NCBI RefSeq assembly: GCF_036946525.1
Contig: NZ_JAQIIY010000019.1
Coordinates: forward strand, 45,458-109,457
Reading direction: 5' to 3'
Source: Mycobacterium kyogaense
Lineage (GTDB): Bacteria; Actinomycetota; Actinomycetes; Mycobacteriales; Mycobacteriaceae
Length of the DNA: 64,000 nucleotides
In this document: positions 56,701 to 64,000 of the stretch, piece after piece
Layout: every line of letters starts with the position of its first letter
Numbering within the stretch: position 1 is the stretch's first letter
The notes under the pieces: model-generated
Told to the model about the DNA's origin: nothing
The model's input: only the letters and a program-made list of their open reading frames with translations
Databases searched by the model: none
Program-made: the position numbers and the translations under genes

Positions 56701-57618
56701 CGCACGCTGGCTGCGCCGGCCCGCGATGCGGTGGCCGCCGCGGCCGGGGACCTCGAACGGTCCGGGTTGCGGGCGTGGCCGGACATCGATGAGGTGCCGC
56801 GGGTGGTCGAACGGCAGGGCCGCTCAGGTAACACGGTGCGCGGCTACCCCGCTCTGGTCGACGAGGGGACGTCGGTGGCGGTGCGCGTGTTCGCCAGCGC
56901 GGCCGAGCAGGCCATCGCTGCGCCGGCGGGCACCCGGCGTCTGCTGCGGCTGACCGGACCATCGGTGGTCAAACAGGTCGAGAAGGCGCTCGACATGCGG
57001 ACCCGGTTGTCGCTGGGCACCAACCCGGACGGTTCCCTGGCGGCGTTGATCGAGGACTGCGCCGATGCCGCGATGCAGCTGCTGGCGCCCGAACCGATCT
57101 GGACCAGAACGGACTTCGAGCAGGCTCGGGCACGTGTGTCGCAGTCCCTGGTCGCCACGACCCTTGAGGTGGTGCGGCGCGCGGACAAGGTGGTCGGCGC
57201 GCTGCACGACGTGTCGCTCGCGCTCCCCGACATTCCGTCGCCGACACAGGCCGATGCGGTCGCCGACATCCGCGCCCAAGTGGCGCGGCTGGTACCCGCC
57301 GGCTTCGTGGCTGCCGCCGGGGCATCGCGGTTGGCCGACCTGACCCGCTACCTGACCGCCGTCAGCCGACGGCTCGAGCGGCTGCCGCAGGCTCCCGCTG
57401 CCGACCGCGAGCGGATGGATCGGATAGACGCCGTGCAGGACGCCTATGACGAGGTGGTCGCGGCGCTGTCGCCGACGCGGGCTGCCGCCGCGGACGTTCG
57501 CGACATCGCCTGGATGATCGAGGAACTGCGCGTCAGCCTGTGGGCGCAGCAATTGGGCACCCCGCGCCCGATCAGCGAGCAGCGGATCCATCGCGCGCTC
57601 GACGCGATCACGGGCTGA
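53710..57618 (+). CDS. hrpA: ATP-dependent RNA helicase HrpA (DEAH box)
   Basis: 1302 aa. GETGSGKTTQ, DEAHE, SAT, QRAGRSGR, then HA2/OB and the HrpA C-terminal region. Confidence 0.97.
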   Translation: MPEPSTEQVRALRARLDGLTLRDASRLGRKLRQLRSPEPAQLDRLTAQITTAEALVATRLAAVPAISYPDLPVSERRDDIAAAIAANQVVIVAGETGSGKTTQLPKICLELGRGIRGTIGHTQPRRLAARTVGQRIADELGTPLGEAVGYTVRFTDQASDRTLVKLMTDGILLADIQRDRRLLRYDTLIIDEAHERSLNIDFLLGYLRQLLPRRPDLKVIVTSATIEPERFARHFGGAPIVEVSGRTYPVEIRYRPLEVPVVADGDDPDDPDHEVVRTEVRDPTEAIVDAVAELASEPPGDVLVFLSGEREIRDTAEALRADLGDRAEILPLYARLPTAEQQKVFSPSRARRRVVLATNVAETSLTVPGIRYVVDPGTARISRYSRRTKVQRLPIEPISQASAAQRAGRSGRTAPGVCIRLYSEQDFESRPRYTDPEILRTNLAAVILQMAALGFGDIEGFGFLDPPDARSIRDGIALLTELGAFTDGELTPLGRRLAQIPVDPRLGRMILQADTEGCVREMLVLAAALSIPDPRERPTDKEEAARQKHARFADEHSDFVSFLNLWRYLGEQRKERSGSSFRRMCREEFLHYLRIREWQDLVGQLRGICRDLGITESDEPADVARVHTALIAGLLSHIGMRDDAKGRESREFLGARNARFVLAPGSVLTRRPPRWVVVADLVETSRLYGRIAARIDPEAVERVAGHVVVRTHSEPHWDAERGAVMAYEKVTLYGLPLVARRRVGYAQIDPPVARDLFIRHALVDQDWRTKHHFFADNARLRTELADLEERVRRRDLVVDDDEVFAFYDARIPADVVSARHFDGWWRKQRHRTPDLLTMTRDDLLRNDSGDAQPDAWQAEDVALPLSYRYEPGATDDGVTVHVPVDVLARLGGDDFAWQVPALREELVTALIRSLPKDLRRNFVPAPDTARAVLSAITPQDGPLLDALQRELRRRTGILVPTDAFDLDKIPPHLKVTFAVEATDGKVVARGKDLTELQRTLAAPARDAVAAAAGDLERSGLRAWPDIDEVPRVVERQGRSGNTVRGYPALVDEGTSVAVRVFASAAEQAIAAPAGTRRLLRLTGPSVVKQVEKALDMRTRLSLGTNPDGSLAALIEDCADAAMQLLAPEPIWTRTDFEQARARVSQSLVATTLEVVRRADKVVGALHDVSLALPDIPSPTQADAVADIRAQVARLVPAGFVAAAGASRLADLTRYLTAVSRRLERLPQAPAADRERMDRIDAVQDAYDEVVAALSPTRAAAADVRDIAWMIEELRVSLWAQQLGTPRPISEQRIHRALDAITG

Positions 57619-57685
57619 ATCTGCCGAGACTGTAGTCCGTGCGCTTCAGAGACCGAAAACCCCGCGCGGAATACAGTTTCGACGT

Positions 57686-58846
57686 CTAGGGGCTGACCGC
57701 GGCGCTCTTCGGGTCGATGAGGATCTTGGCGTGCGTCTCGGGATCTCCGAGTGCGTCGAAGGCCGCAGCGACGCCGCCGAGGCCGACCGTGCCGGTCACC
57801 AGAGCCGACGCGTCGAGCTTGCCGTCGGCCAGCATGTGCAAGGTGTCGCGGAACTCCAGCGGCGTGTAGCCGAACGCGAACCGGATGTCGACCTCCTTGC
57901 CGATCGCCATCGCGGGCCGGATCTTGTCCTCGCCCATGCACACGCCGACGACGACGATCCGCGAGGCCAGGGGCGCTGCGCCGATGACCCCGTCGATCAT
58001 CCCGGGCACCCCGACGCATTCGAAGATCACCGGCCGCTTCGGCGCCGTCCCGCCGAGCCGGTCGGCCAGCCGATAGACGTGCGACCAGCCGGGCACCTTG
58101 CGCAGCTTCTCCATCGAGCCCATGCCGAACTCGTAGAGCGCCGGCAGTTCGGTCATGCCCTGTTGCTTTCTGGGCACCGCCTCGTACGGCGAATCTGCTG
58201 CGGGATCGACGACGACGTCGGCGCCGCACCGGGCGGCCAGCGCCCGCCGGCCGGGGGAGAAGTCGCTGGCGACGATCGTGCCGACACCGAGCGTCTTCAG
58301 GTGACAGATCACCGCGAGCCCGACTGGGCCACAGCCGAGCACGATCGCGACGTCCTTTGTGGCGATCTCACTGCGCCGCACCGCGTGATAGGCCACCGCC
58401 ATCGGCTCGGTGAGCGCCGCCGTCGCGGCGTCCAGGCCGTTGGGCACGACGAACGTCATCGCGGCCTCGGCCAGCACCTGCTCGGCGTAGGCGCCCGGCG
58501 CCAAGGGGGAGAGACCCGTCAGGTGCACGCCGCCGCGCGCACGTAGCAGCGGGAACGACACCACCGTGGTGCCGGGGCTGAACTCCTTGCCCACCTTGCG
58601 GCCGCGTTCGGCGACCACGCCGCTGAACTCGTGGCCCATCACCACCGGGGTGTCGCCGCGCATGAAGTCGGTGTAGCCGCCCTCGACCATCACCTCGCGC
58701 AGTTCGTCGGCGTGGTCCTTGGCGTGCAGGTCCGATCCGCAGATGCCGCAGCGCAGCACTTCGAGGACCAGCTGGCCCTCGGCGGGGGCGGGATCGGGAA
58801 GGTCGATGACGTCGAGAGAGCCGTTCACACAGCGGACCGCTTTCAT
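57686..58846 (-). CDS. zinc-binding medium-chain dehydrogenase/reductase
   Basis: MKAVRC...CGICGSDLH...GHEFSG..., GCGPVGL. Start at ATG 58846; the 637-aa ORF prefix is antisense noise. Confidence 0.9.
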   Translation of the reverse strand: MKAVRCVNGSLDVIDLPDPAPAEGQLVLEVLRCGICGSDLHAKDHADELREVMVEGGYTDFMRGDTPVVMGHEFSGVVAERGRKVGKEFSPGTTVVSFPLLRARGGVHLTGLSPLAPGAYAEQVLAEAAMTFVVPNGLDAATAALTEPMAVAYHAVRRSEIATKDVAIVLGCGPVGLAVICHLKTLGVGTIVASDFSPGRRALAARCGADVVVDPAADSPYEAVPRKQQGMTELPALYEFGMGSMEKLRKVPGWSHVYRLADRLGGTAPKRPVIFECVGVPGMIDGVIGAAPLASRIVVVGVCMGEDKIRPAMAIGKEVDIRFAFGYTPLEFRDTLHMLADGKLDASALVTGTVGLGGVAAAFDALGDPETHAKILIDPKSAAVSP

Positions 58847-58876
58847 CGGCCCATCGTCGCACGGTAGAACAGGCCT

Positions 58877-59668
58877 ATGACCAGACGGCAGAAGTGGACG
58901 GGGATCGCGCTGGCGGTGCTGGCCGTCGTCACGGTCGTGCCGGGCGCGCACGCCGAGCCCGAACCGCCACCGGGGGTCGCCGCGGTGCCGGTCGTCGAGC
59001 CCGTCGTGCTGGGGGAGATGCCGCACGATCCGATGGCGTTCACCGAGGGCTTCGAGATCGACGACGGCGTGCTGTACGAGGGCACGGGCGAGGTCGGCAC
59101 CTCCCAACTGCGTGAGCTCGACCCCGACACCGGCGCCGTCCGCAAGGTCGTCGACATGCCCGGCCGCTACTTCGGCGAGGGCGTCACCGTGGTGGGGGAC
59201 CGGATCTGGCAGCTCACCTACACCGACGGGGTGGCCGTCGAATGGGATCGGGCGACGCTGACCCCGATCCGCGAAGTCCCGATCACGCCGCAGGGGTGGG
59301 GCCTGTGCCGGGATGGCGACCGGCTGATCCGCAGCGACGGCACAGCGCGGCTGCGTTTCCAGAACCCGGACGACCTGACCGAGACCGGCGGCGTCGATGT
59401 CACCAAGTCCGGGTTGCCGGTCACCGGGTTGAACGAACTCGAGTGCGTCGGCGACAGGGTGTGGGCCAACGTGTGGCCCACCGACACGATCGTGCGGATC
59501 GATCCGTCCACCGGTGCGGTGGATCTCGTGGTCGATGCCAGCGGGCTCCGGGCGCGCGGCATTCCGCCGACGGCGCAGGTGCTCAACGGCATCGCGCACG
59601 TCGCGGGCGAAGAGTTCCTGCTGACGGGCAAGTACTGGCCGACGACGTTCCGGGTCCGGCTAGGGTGA
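58877..59668 (+). CDS. secreted glutaminyl-peptide cyclotransferase (beta-propeller, plant/bacterial type)
   Basis: Signal peptide. ...FTEGFEIDDGVLYEGTG...SQLRELD..TG...FGEG......WQLTY....V......LNELE......WANVW....I..ID..TG. Confidence 0.85.
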   Translation: MTRRQKWTGIALAVLAVVTVVPGAHAEPEPPPGVAAVPVVEPVVLGEMPHDPMAFTEGFEIDDGVLYEGTGEVGTSQLRELDPDTGAVRKVVDMPGRYFGEGVTVVGDRIWQLTYTDGVAVEWDRATLTPIREVPITPQGWGLCRDGDRLIRSDGTARLRFQNPDDLTETGGVDVTKSGLPVTGLNELECVGDRVWANVWPTDTIVRIDPSTGAVDLVVDASGLRARGIPPTAQVLNGIAHVAGEEFLLTGKYWPTTFRVRLG

Positions 59669-60546
59669 CCCGGGTGAGCAAGGCGCGCTCGCTGTGGATC
59701 GTGGCCGTGGCCTACCTGATCGCCGTCGCCGTGGCCGCGGCATGGCTGCTGTGGGGACCGGATACCGGGTGGTTGTGGCTGGACACCCTGATCGCCGACG
59801 TGCTGGCCACACTGGTGGTGTTCGCGTTCAGCCGGGCCTACGGCAACTCCAGCTTCTACGACGCCTATTGGAGCGTGATCCCGCCGCTGCTGCTCCTCTA
59901 CTGGTGGAGCCAGGGTGACGGCGATCCGTTGCGGTCGGCGTTGCTGGTCGTGCTGGTGATGGTGTGGGCGGTGCGCCTGACCGGCAACTGGCTCTACGCG
60001 TTTCCCGGCCTGCACCACGAGGATTGGCGCTACCCGATGTTCCGTGAACGGGCGGGCCGGTGGGAGCTCGTGGTGGATCTGGTGGCGATCCACCTGATCC
60101 CGACGCTGCAGGTGTTCCTCGCGATGGTGCCCGCCTACGTGGCGGTGACGGCGCCGCAGCGCGGCCTGGCCTGGCTCAGCGTGGTCGCTTTCGTGCTCGG
60201 AATGGCCGCGGTGGCACTCGAATTCACGGCGGACGCGCAGATGCACCGCTTCGTCCGCGACCGGCGGCCCGGGCAGGTGATGGATCGCGGGCTGTGGGCG
60301 TGGTCGCGGCATCCGAACTACTTCGGGGAGTTCGGGTTCTGGTTCGCGGTGGCCCTTTTCGGCGTCGCGGCCTGGCCGACGGCGTGCTGGTTGTTCGCGG
60401 GTGCCGCCGCGATGCTGGCGATGTTCCTGGGCGCGAGCATCCCGATGATGGAGGAGCGCAGCCTGGCCCGCAGGCCCGACTATCAGTCGGTTGTCGACCG
60501 CGTGCCGCGGTTCGTGCCGCGGCCGCCGGCGAAGGTACGCGCGTGA
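59665..60546 (+). CDS. DUF1295 family membrane protein (steroid 5-alpha-reductase/ICMT-like fold)
   Basis: ...GNSSFYDAYWS...VWAVRLTGNW...HEDWRY....GLWAWSRHPNYFGEF.FW. GTGA overlap with the cyclase stop. Confidence 0.8.
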   Translation: MTRVSKARSLWIVAVAYLIAVAVAAAWLLWGPDTGWLWLDTLIADVLATLVVFAFSRAYGNSSFYDAYWSVIPPLLLLYWWSQGDGDPLRSALLVVLVMVWAVRLTGNWLYAFPGLHHEDWRYPMFRERAGRWELVVDLVAIHLIPTLQVFLAMVPAYVAVTAPQRGLAWLSVVAFVLGMAAVALEFTADAQMHRFVRDRRPGQVMDRGLWAWSRHPNYFGEFGFWFAVALFGVAAWPTACWLFAGAAAMLAMFLGASIPMMEERSLARRPDYQSVVDRVPRFVPRPPAKVRA

Positions 60547-61643
60547 CGCGGGTCGTGATCGCCGGCCTCGGCGATACCGGCGTGCTCACCGCGATCAAGT
60601 TGGCACGCCACACGCAGGTCACCGGGATCTGCAGCAAGCCCGGCCTGGTCAGCGGTCAGGAGTTGGGCTGGCGGCTCGCTCGGCCCGACGAGTGGGCACG
60701 GCACAACTGGATTCCCTACGGCCGGTTCCGCGGGTTGGACCGGGTCACCACGGTGCACGGCACGCTGACCGGTGTGGACCTCGAATCACGCAGCGTCGCT
60801 GTCGAACTCGCTGATGGCACAGCGCAGCTGGTGCCCTATGACGCGCTCGTCATCGCGACCGGGGTCCGCAGCGGGTTCTGGCGCACCCCCGTCCTGCAGG
60901 GTGTCGACGAGGTCGACGCGGACCTGCGCGGACCGCACGAGAAGCTGGCCGCCGCCCGGTCGGTGATGGTGGTCGGAGGGGGAGCGGCCGCGGTCAGCAG
61001 CGCCGCGCAGATCGCCACCACGTGGCCCGGAACGCGGGTGGACCTGTACTTCCCGGGGGAGCGCGCGCTCGCCGGGCATCATCCGAGAACGTGGAAGACG
61101 GTGCAGCGCAGGCTCACCGACGCCGGGGTGGGGTTACATCCCGGTCACCGGGCCGACGTGACAGAGCTGCCGACCGATCTGACTGCCGGCCCGGTGCAGT
61201 GGCGCACCGGTCAGCCACCGGCGACGGCCGACGTGGTGCTCTGGGCGATCGGGCGAGTCGAGCCCAACACCGGTTGGCTGCCCGCTGACCTACTCGACGA
61301 GCAGGGCTTCGTGCGCGTCGGCCCCACACTGCAGGTGCCGGGGCACCCCGAGGTGTTCGCGATCGGCGACGTCGCCGCCACCGATCCGCTGCGCAGCTCG
61401 GCGCGCAACCGTGCCGACGGTCTGCTGGCCCGCAACGTGCGTGCGTTCTTCGACGGTGGCGAGCTCAAGACCTACCGCGCGCCGACGCGGCGGTGGGGAT
61501 CGGTGTTGGGCATCCAACCCGACGGGCTGGAAGTGTTCGCGCCCAACGGCCGTGCGTTCCGCTTCCCGGCGTGGTCGTTCGACCGGGTGCTGATGCCCTG
61601 GATCGTGGCCCGGGGAATCTACCGGGGTATCCGGGCGCGCTAG
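60543..61643 (+). CDS. FAD/NAD(P)-dependent pyridine nucleotide-disulfide-type oxidoreductase (NDH-2/AIF-like)
   Basis: VVIAGLGDTG dinucleotide motif, second VVGGGAAAV motif, FAIGDVA. GTGA overlap with the upstream stop. Confidence 0.85.
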   Translation: MTRVVIAGLGDTGVLTAIKLARHTQVTGICSKPGLVSGQELGWRLARPDEWARHNWIPYGRFRGLDRVTTVHGTLTGVDLESRSVAVELADGTAQLVPYDALVIATGVRSGFWRTPVLQGVDEVDADLRGPHEKLAAARSVMVVGGGAAAVSSAAQIATTWPGTRVDLYFPGERALAGHHPRTWKTVQRRLTDAGVGLHPGHRADVTELPTDLTAGPVQWRTGQPPATADVVLWAIGRVEPNTGWLPADLLDEQGFVRVGPTLQVPGHPEVFAIGDVAATDPLRSSARNRADGLLARNVRAFFDGGELKTYRAPTRRWGSVLGIQPDGLEVFAPNGRAFRFPAWSFDRVLMPWIVARGIYRGIRAR

Positions 61644-62851
61644 AGGCTGGGCATCTCGGCGTTGATGCGGTCCAGTAGCTGCGGATACCGTTTGGCTTCG
61701 GGGTGCCCACTGGGCTTGCCGCTGCTGACCACCGCGACCGAGAGAGCCCTCTCAGGGTCGGCCCACATCGCGATGTCGGTGAGTCCGGTGTGGCCGAACG
61801 CGCCCGCGGCATCCCGGCCGAACGGGCCGAAACGCTTGGAGCCCAACATGTATCCGGTACCCCAGCGCATCGGCTTCAGTCCGGTCGCCAGGTCCGGCCG
61901 GAGCCGGCGGGCCTCCCGAGTGGCCGCCCGTAGCGTCTCCGGCGACATCACCCGGACACCGTCGAGTTCGCCTCCGCGGCACAGTATCTCGGCGAAACGG
62001 GACAACTCGTTGGCGTTCGACACCGTGCTGGACGACGGGATCACGCTGGTCAGGAAAGCCGGGGTGTTGGAGAACGGGATGATCTGCTGTGGCGTGCCGC
62101 CGACGGCGGTCTTGAACGCCTTGGCGATCGGCGCGGGCAGCGGTTTACCGGTGACGTGGCTGGGCGCCACCAGCGGAACATCCTGCGGCGCAACACCGTA
62201 GTTCGTCCATCGGAAGTTCAGCGGCGCCAGGATCTCGTCGCGCAGGATGTCACGGATGTTGCGACCCGTCGCGGCGTTGATGATCTCGCGCATCAGCGGA
62301 CCCCACGTGACACCGTGATAGATGTGCACCAGACCCGGTGGGTACACCGGCTTCATCTTGCCGAGCATGTCGCGCGCGTAATCGCTGTCGTCCATCCGCT
62401 TGAGGTCAGGACGGGGGCCGGTCGCGAACGGCACACCGGCACTGTGGGTCATCACGTGCCGGATCGTGGTGCGGTCCTTGCCATGGCTGGTGTAGGTGGG
62501 CAGGTAGTCACACACCCGGTCGTCGAGGGCGAAGACACCGCGCTCGATGAGCATGTGCGCGATGGTCGTGGTGATCGCCTTGGCGGTGGAGTACACGCAG
62601 AACGGGGTGTCGGTGCCGGCGACGACTTTCTCCGCGTCGGGAGGATCGGCAGGGCCGTTACCCCAGGCGTGGCCGATGGCGCGGTCCAGGACGACGCGGC
62701 CGTCACGACGGATACAGACCTGGATGGCCGGGTGCATGCCCGCGGAGTACCAGTGCTGGGCAGCCTGCCAGATGCGCTCCACCGCGGCGGGGTCGACGCC
62801 GGTGTGGTCCTCGGCTCCGACGGAGGTGACCGCCGCGAGGTCCGCAGGCAC
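61640..62851 (-). CDS. serine hydrolase (class C beta-lactamase/esterase family)
   Basis: S-x-x-K motif (YSTAKAIT), later Y and H.G motifs. 403 aa. Confidence 0.85.
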   Translation of the reverse strand: MPADLAAVTSVGAEDHTGVDPAAVERIWQAAQHWYSAGMHPAIQVCIRRDGRVVLDRAIGHAWGNGPADPPDAEKVVAGTDTPFCVYSTAKAITTTIAHMLIERGVFALDDRVCDYLPTYTSHGKDRTTIRHVMTHSAGVPFATGPRPDLKRMDDSDYARDMLGKMKPVYPPGLVHIYHGVTWGPLMREIINAATGRNIRDILRDEILAPLNFRWTNYGVAPQDVPLVAPSHVTGKPLPAPIAKAFKTAVGGTPQQIIPFSNTPAFLTSVIPSSSTVSNANELSRFAEILCRGGELDGVRVMSPETLRAATREARRLRPDLATGLKPMRWGTGYMLGSKRFGPFGRDAAGAFGHTGLTDIAMWADPERALSVAVVSSGKPSGHPEAKRYPQLLDRINAEMPSL

Positions 62852-62889
62852 CGCGATGCGGCCGTCACCCCGATCTGGACCGGCCGAAC

Positions 62890-63333
62890 TCAGCGAGGCC
62901 CTCCGTTGAACATGCCGCTGCCGATGGCCTGGGTCAGCGCGCCCAGCAGGTCGCCGGGGCCAGGCTGGGGCGGCAGCGGGGCGTTCGTGAGCTGCCAGGC
63001 CTGGCAGTCAGTGGTGGTGAACGACGTGTCGGTCGCATCGATCTGGACGAACGCCGGCTTCTTGGTCAGGGCGTTGTCGACCAGCTTGTCTCCGGCCGAG
63101 CGCTTCCAGTAGCAGGCGCCGTTGTCGACCGGGCCAGCGGAGGAGTACACGCCGGGCAGGATGTCCTTGCCGACCGCATAGGAGCCGTCGGCGTCGATGG
63201 TGGTCTTCGGGCCGTCGCCGGCGGGAGCCGGAGGTGCCGGTGCAGGAGGCGCCGGCTGAGCGTGGGCCAGTGGCGCCAGCACGCAGGAGCACGTCAGCGC
63301 CACGGCGACGGTGGCCAAACGCATCGATCTCAT
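62890..63333 (-). CDS. secreted hypothetical protein
   Basis: Signal peptide ...VLAPLAHA|QPAPPAPAPPAPA, one Cys pair (C..WKR ... DCQAW), Pro-rich tail. Confidence 0.6.
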   Translation of the reverse strand: MRSMRLATVAVALTCSCVLAPLAHAQPAPPAPAPPAPAGDGPKTTIDADGSYAVGKDILPGVYSSAGPVDNGACYWKRSAGDKLVDNALTKKPAFVQIDATDTSFTTTDCQAWQLTNAPLPPQPGPGDLLGALTQAIGSGMFNGGPR

Positions 63334-63367
63334 GAGAAAACCAGCCTCATAGCAAGACAGTCTAAGT

Positions 63368-63401
63368 GCTGCGGCGGCGGGCGGGAACCCACCGCCGCAG
63401 C
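63368..63401 (-). terminator. stem-loop terminator candidate (GCTGCGGCGG / CCGCCGCAGC)
   Basis: 10-bp stem ~20 nt downstream of the second hemophore gene's stop. No U-tract. Confidence 0.45.
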
Positions 63402-63420
63402 CTCAGTGTTCTGTCCGTTG

Positions 63421-63825
63421 TCAGCCGGCCATGAACGTGTCGTACGCCGACTGGAGGTCGGCGGGCAGCACGGTGACGTTGCAGGTGCGCTGGGTGTCGC
63501 CGATCGGTGCCAAGATGCCCCGCAGCTCGTAGTACTCAGCCGGGTTCGCGGTGAAGTAGGCCCGCACGTTGGCCTCGGCCTCGGGGCGCGGCTGCCGCAT
63601 CGCGGCCGTCACGACCTGGTTGGCACCGGGATGGCTGTCGAGGTACTGGCGGGCCGCCGTGGTCGCCGAACCGACCGTGCCCGCGACCTGGCTGGCGCTG
63701 CAGCCGTCGCCGGGCTGAGCCGATGCGACAGGCGCGGCAACACCTGCGACAGCAAGTCCGCCGAAGACACACGCCGCCCCGACGCGAGCCACGTTCTTGC
63801 GCACGCTGATAGCACTGGAATTCAT
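63421..63825 (-). CDS. hemophore-related secreted protein (Rv0203/Rv1174c family), second paralog
   Basis: Signal peptide, ...GDGCSASQVAGTVGSATTAARQYLDSHPGANQV...RTCNV... AAGGA RBS before ATG 63825. Confidence 0.75.
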   Translation of the reverse strand: MNSSAISVRKNVARVGAACVFGGLAVAGVAAPVASAQPGDGCSASQVAGTVGSATTAARQYLDSHPGANQVVTAAMRQPRPEAEANVRAYFTANPAEYYELRGILAPIGDTQRTCNVTVLPADLQSAYDTFMAG

Positions 63826-64000
63826 GGTGATTGTGGTCCTTGTCAGATCTCGTTGGTGAATCTTTCCCCGCCCGAAATCCACGGTAACCGCGTTCCGAAG
63901 GGCTCCCGCCAGACCGGATGACGCGCTCGCGAAGCGCGGCGCGGTGTTACAGGATCGAGGCGTGAGTTCGGCCTCAAAACGACCGCGAAACCCCCTCTGA

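Noticed and set aside
58847-59599. N-terminal extension of the Zn-dehydrogenase ORF (637 aa)
   Set aside because: It is antisense to the glutaminyl cyclase gene and Arg/Asp/Gly-rich. The canonical MKAVRC... dehydrogenase start is at 58846.
1-64000. Scan for tRNA/rRNA genes, CRISPR repeats, IS-element inverted repeats, transposase/integrase ORFs and toxin-antitoxin pairs
   Set aside because: No intergenic region is long enough or has tRNA-like features. No regularly spaced direct repeats were seen. No ORF translation shows transposase, integrase, phage or TA motifs. The only tandem repeat is the coding repeat at 44295..44537.

Overview
Very GC-rich actinobacterial chromosomal DNA (third codon positions are almost all G/C). 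The gene content points to a fast-growing Mycobacterium/Mycolicibacterium: MspA-family porin, two Rv0203-type hemophore paralogs, a KasA-like synthase, cutinase, WS/DGAT, an Rv2172c-like MTHFR and HrpA. That assignment is an inference, not verified. I call about 65 protein-coding genes. They are densely packed, with many 4-bp ATGA/GTGA stop-start overlaps. I also call several stem-loop terminators, one operator-like palindrome cluster and one intragenic tandem repeat. I saw no rRNA, tRNA, CRISPR array, IS element or prophage. Main blocks: (i) 1.8-4.9 kb PP2C phosphatase / B12-binding protein / STAS antagonist operon; (ii) 8.1-8.9 kb small secreted Cys peptides plus a hemophore; (iii) 13.5-19 kb sugar ABC importer plus LLM monooxygenase; (iv) 20.1-23.7 kb Cys-rich protein, NPPY methyltransferase coupled to a CDGSH protein, heme-oxygenase-like iron enzyme, ferritin-like protein; (v) 23.8-25.8 kb KasA paralog lacking the catalytic Cys plus a CoA-type Nudix; (vi) 26.4-37 kb polyol catabolic island; (vii) 37-44 kb MscS, MOSC, DUF2237, COG0523 GTPase, GAF-GGDEF-GAF, frameshifted SDR, amidohydrolase; (viii) 44-53 kb Gly-rich secreted repeat protein, aminotransferase, WS/DGAT, SelO, lipoprotein, MTHFR-like, Pro-rich protein plus MspA-like porin; (ix) 53.3-64 kb VOC, HrpA, Zn-dehydrogenase, glutaminyl cyclase-DUF1295-FAD oxidoreductase operon, serine hydrolase, secreted protein, second hemophore. 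The most interesting item is the B12 protein. It carries both CarH/LitR photoreceptor signatures (W-x9-EH and E-x-H) but has no DNA-binding domain. It is translationally coupled between a PP2C phosphatase and a STAS anti-sigma antagonist, which suggests a cobalamin/light input into a partner-switching cascade. Two genes (the PAS-GAF-PP2C phosphatase and an SDR) look frameshifted. All functional calls come from motif recognition by eye on the supplied ORF translations. No database search was run, and start codons are less certain than stop codons.
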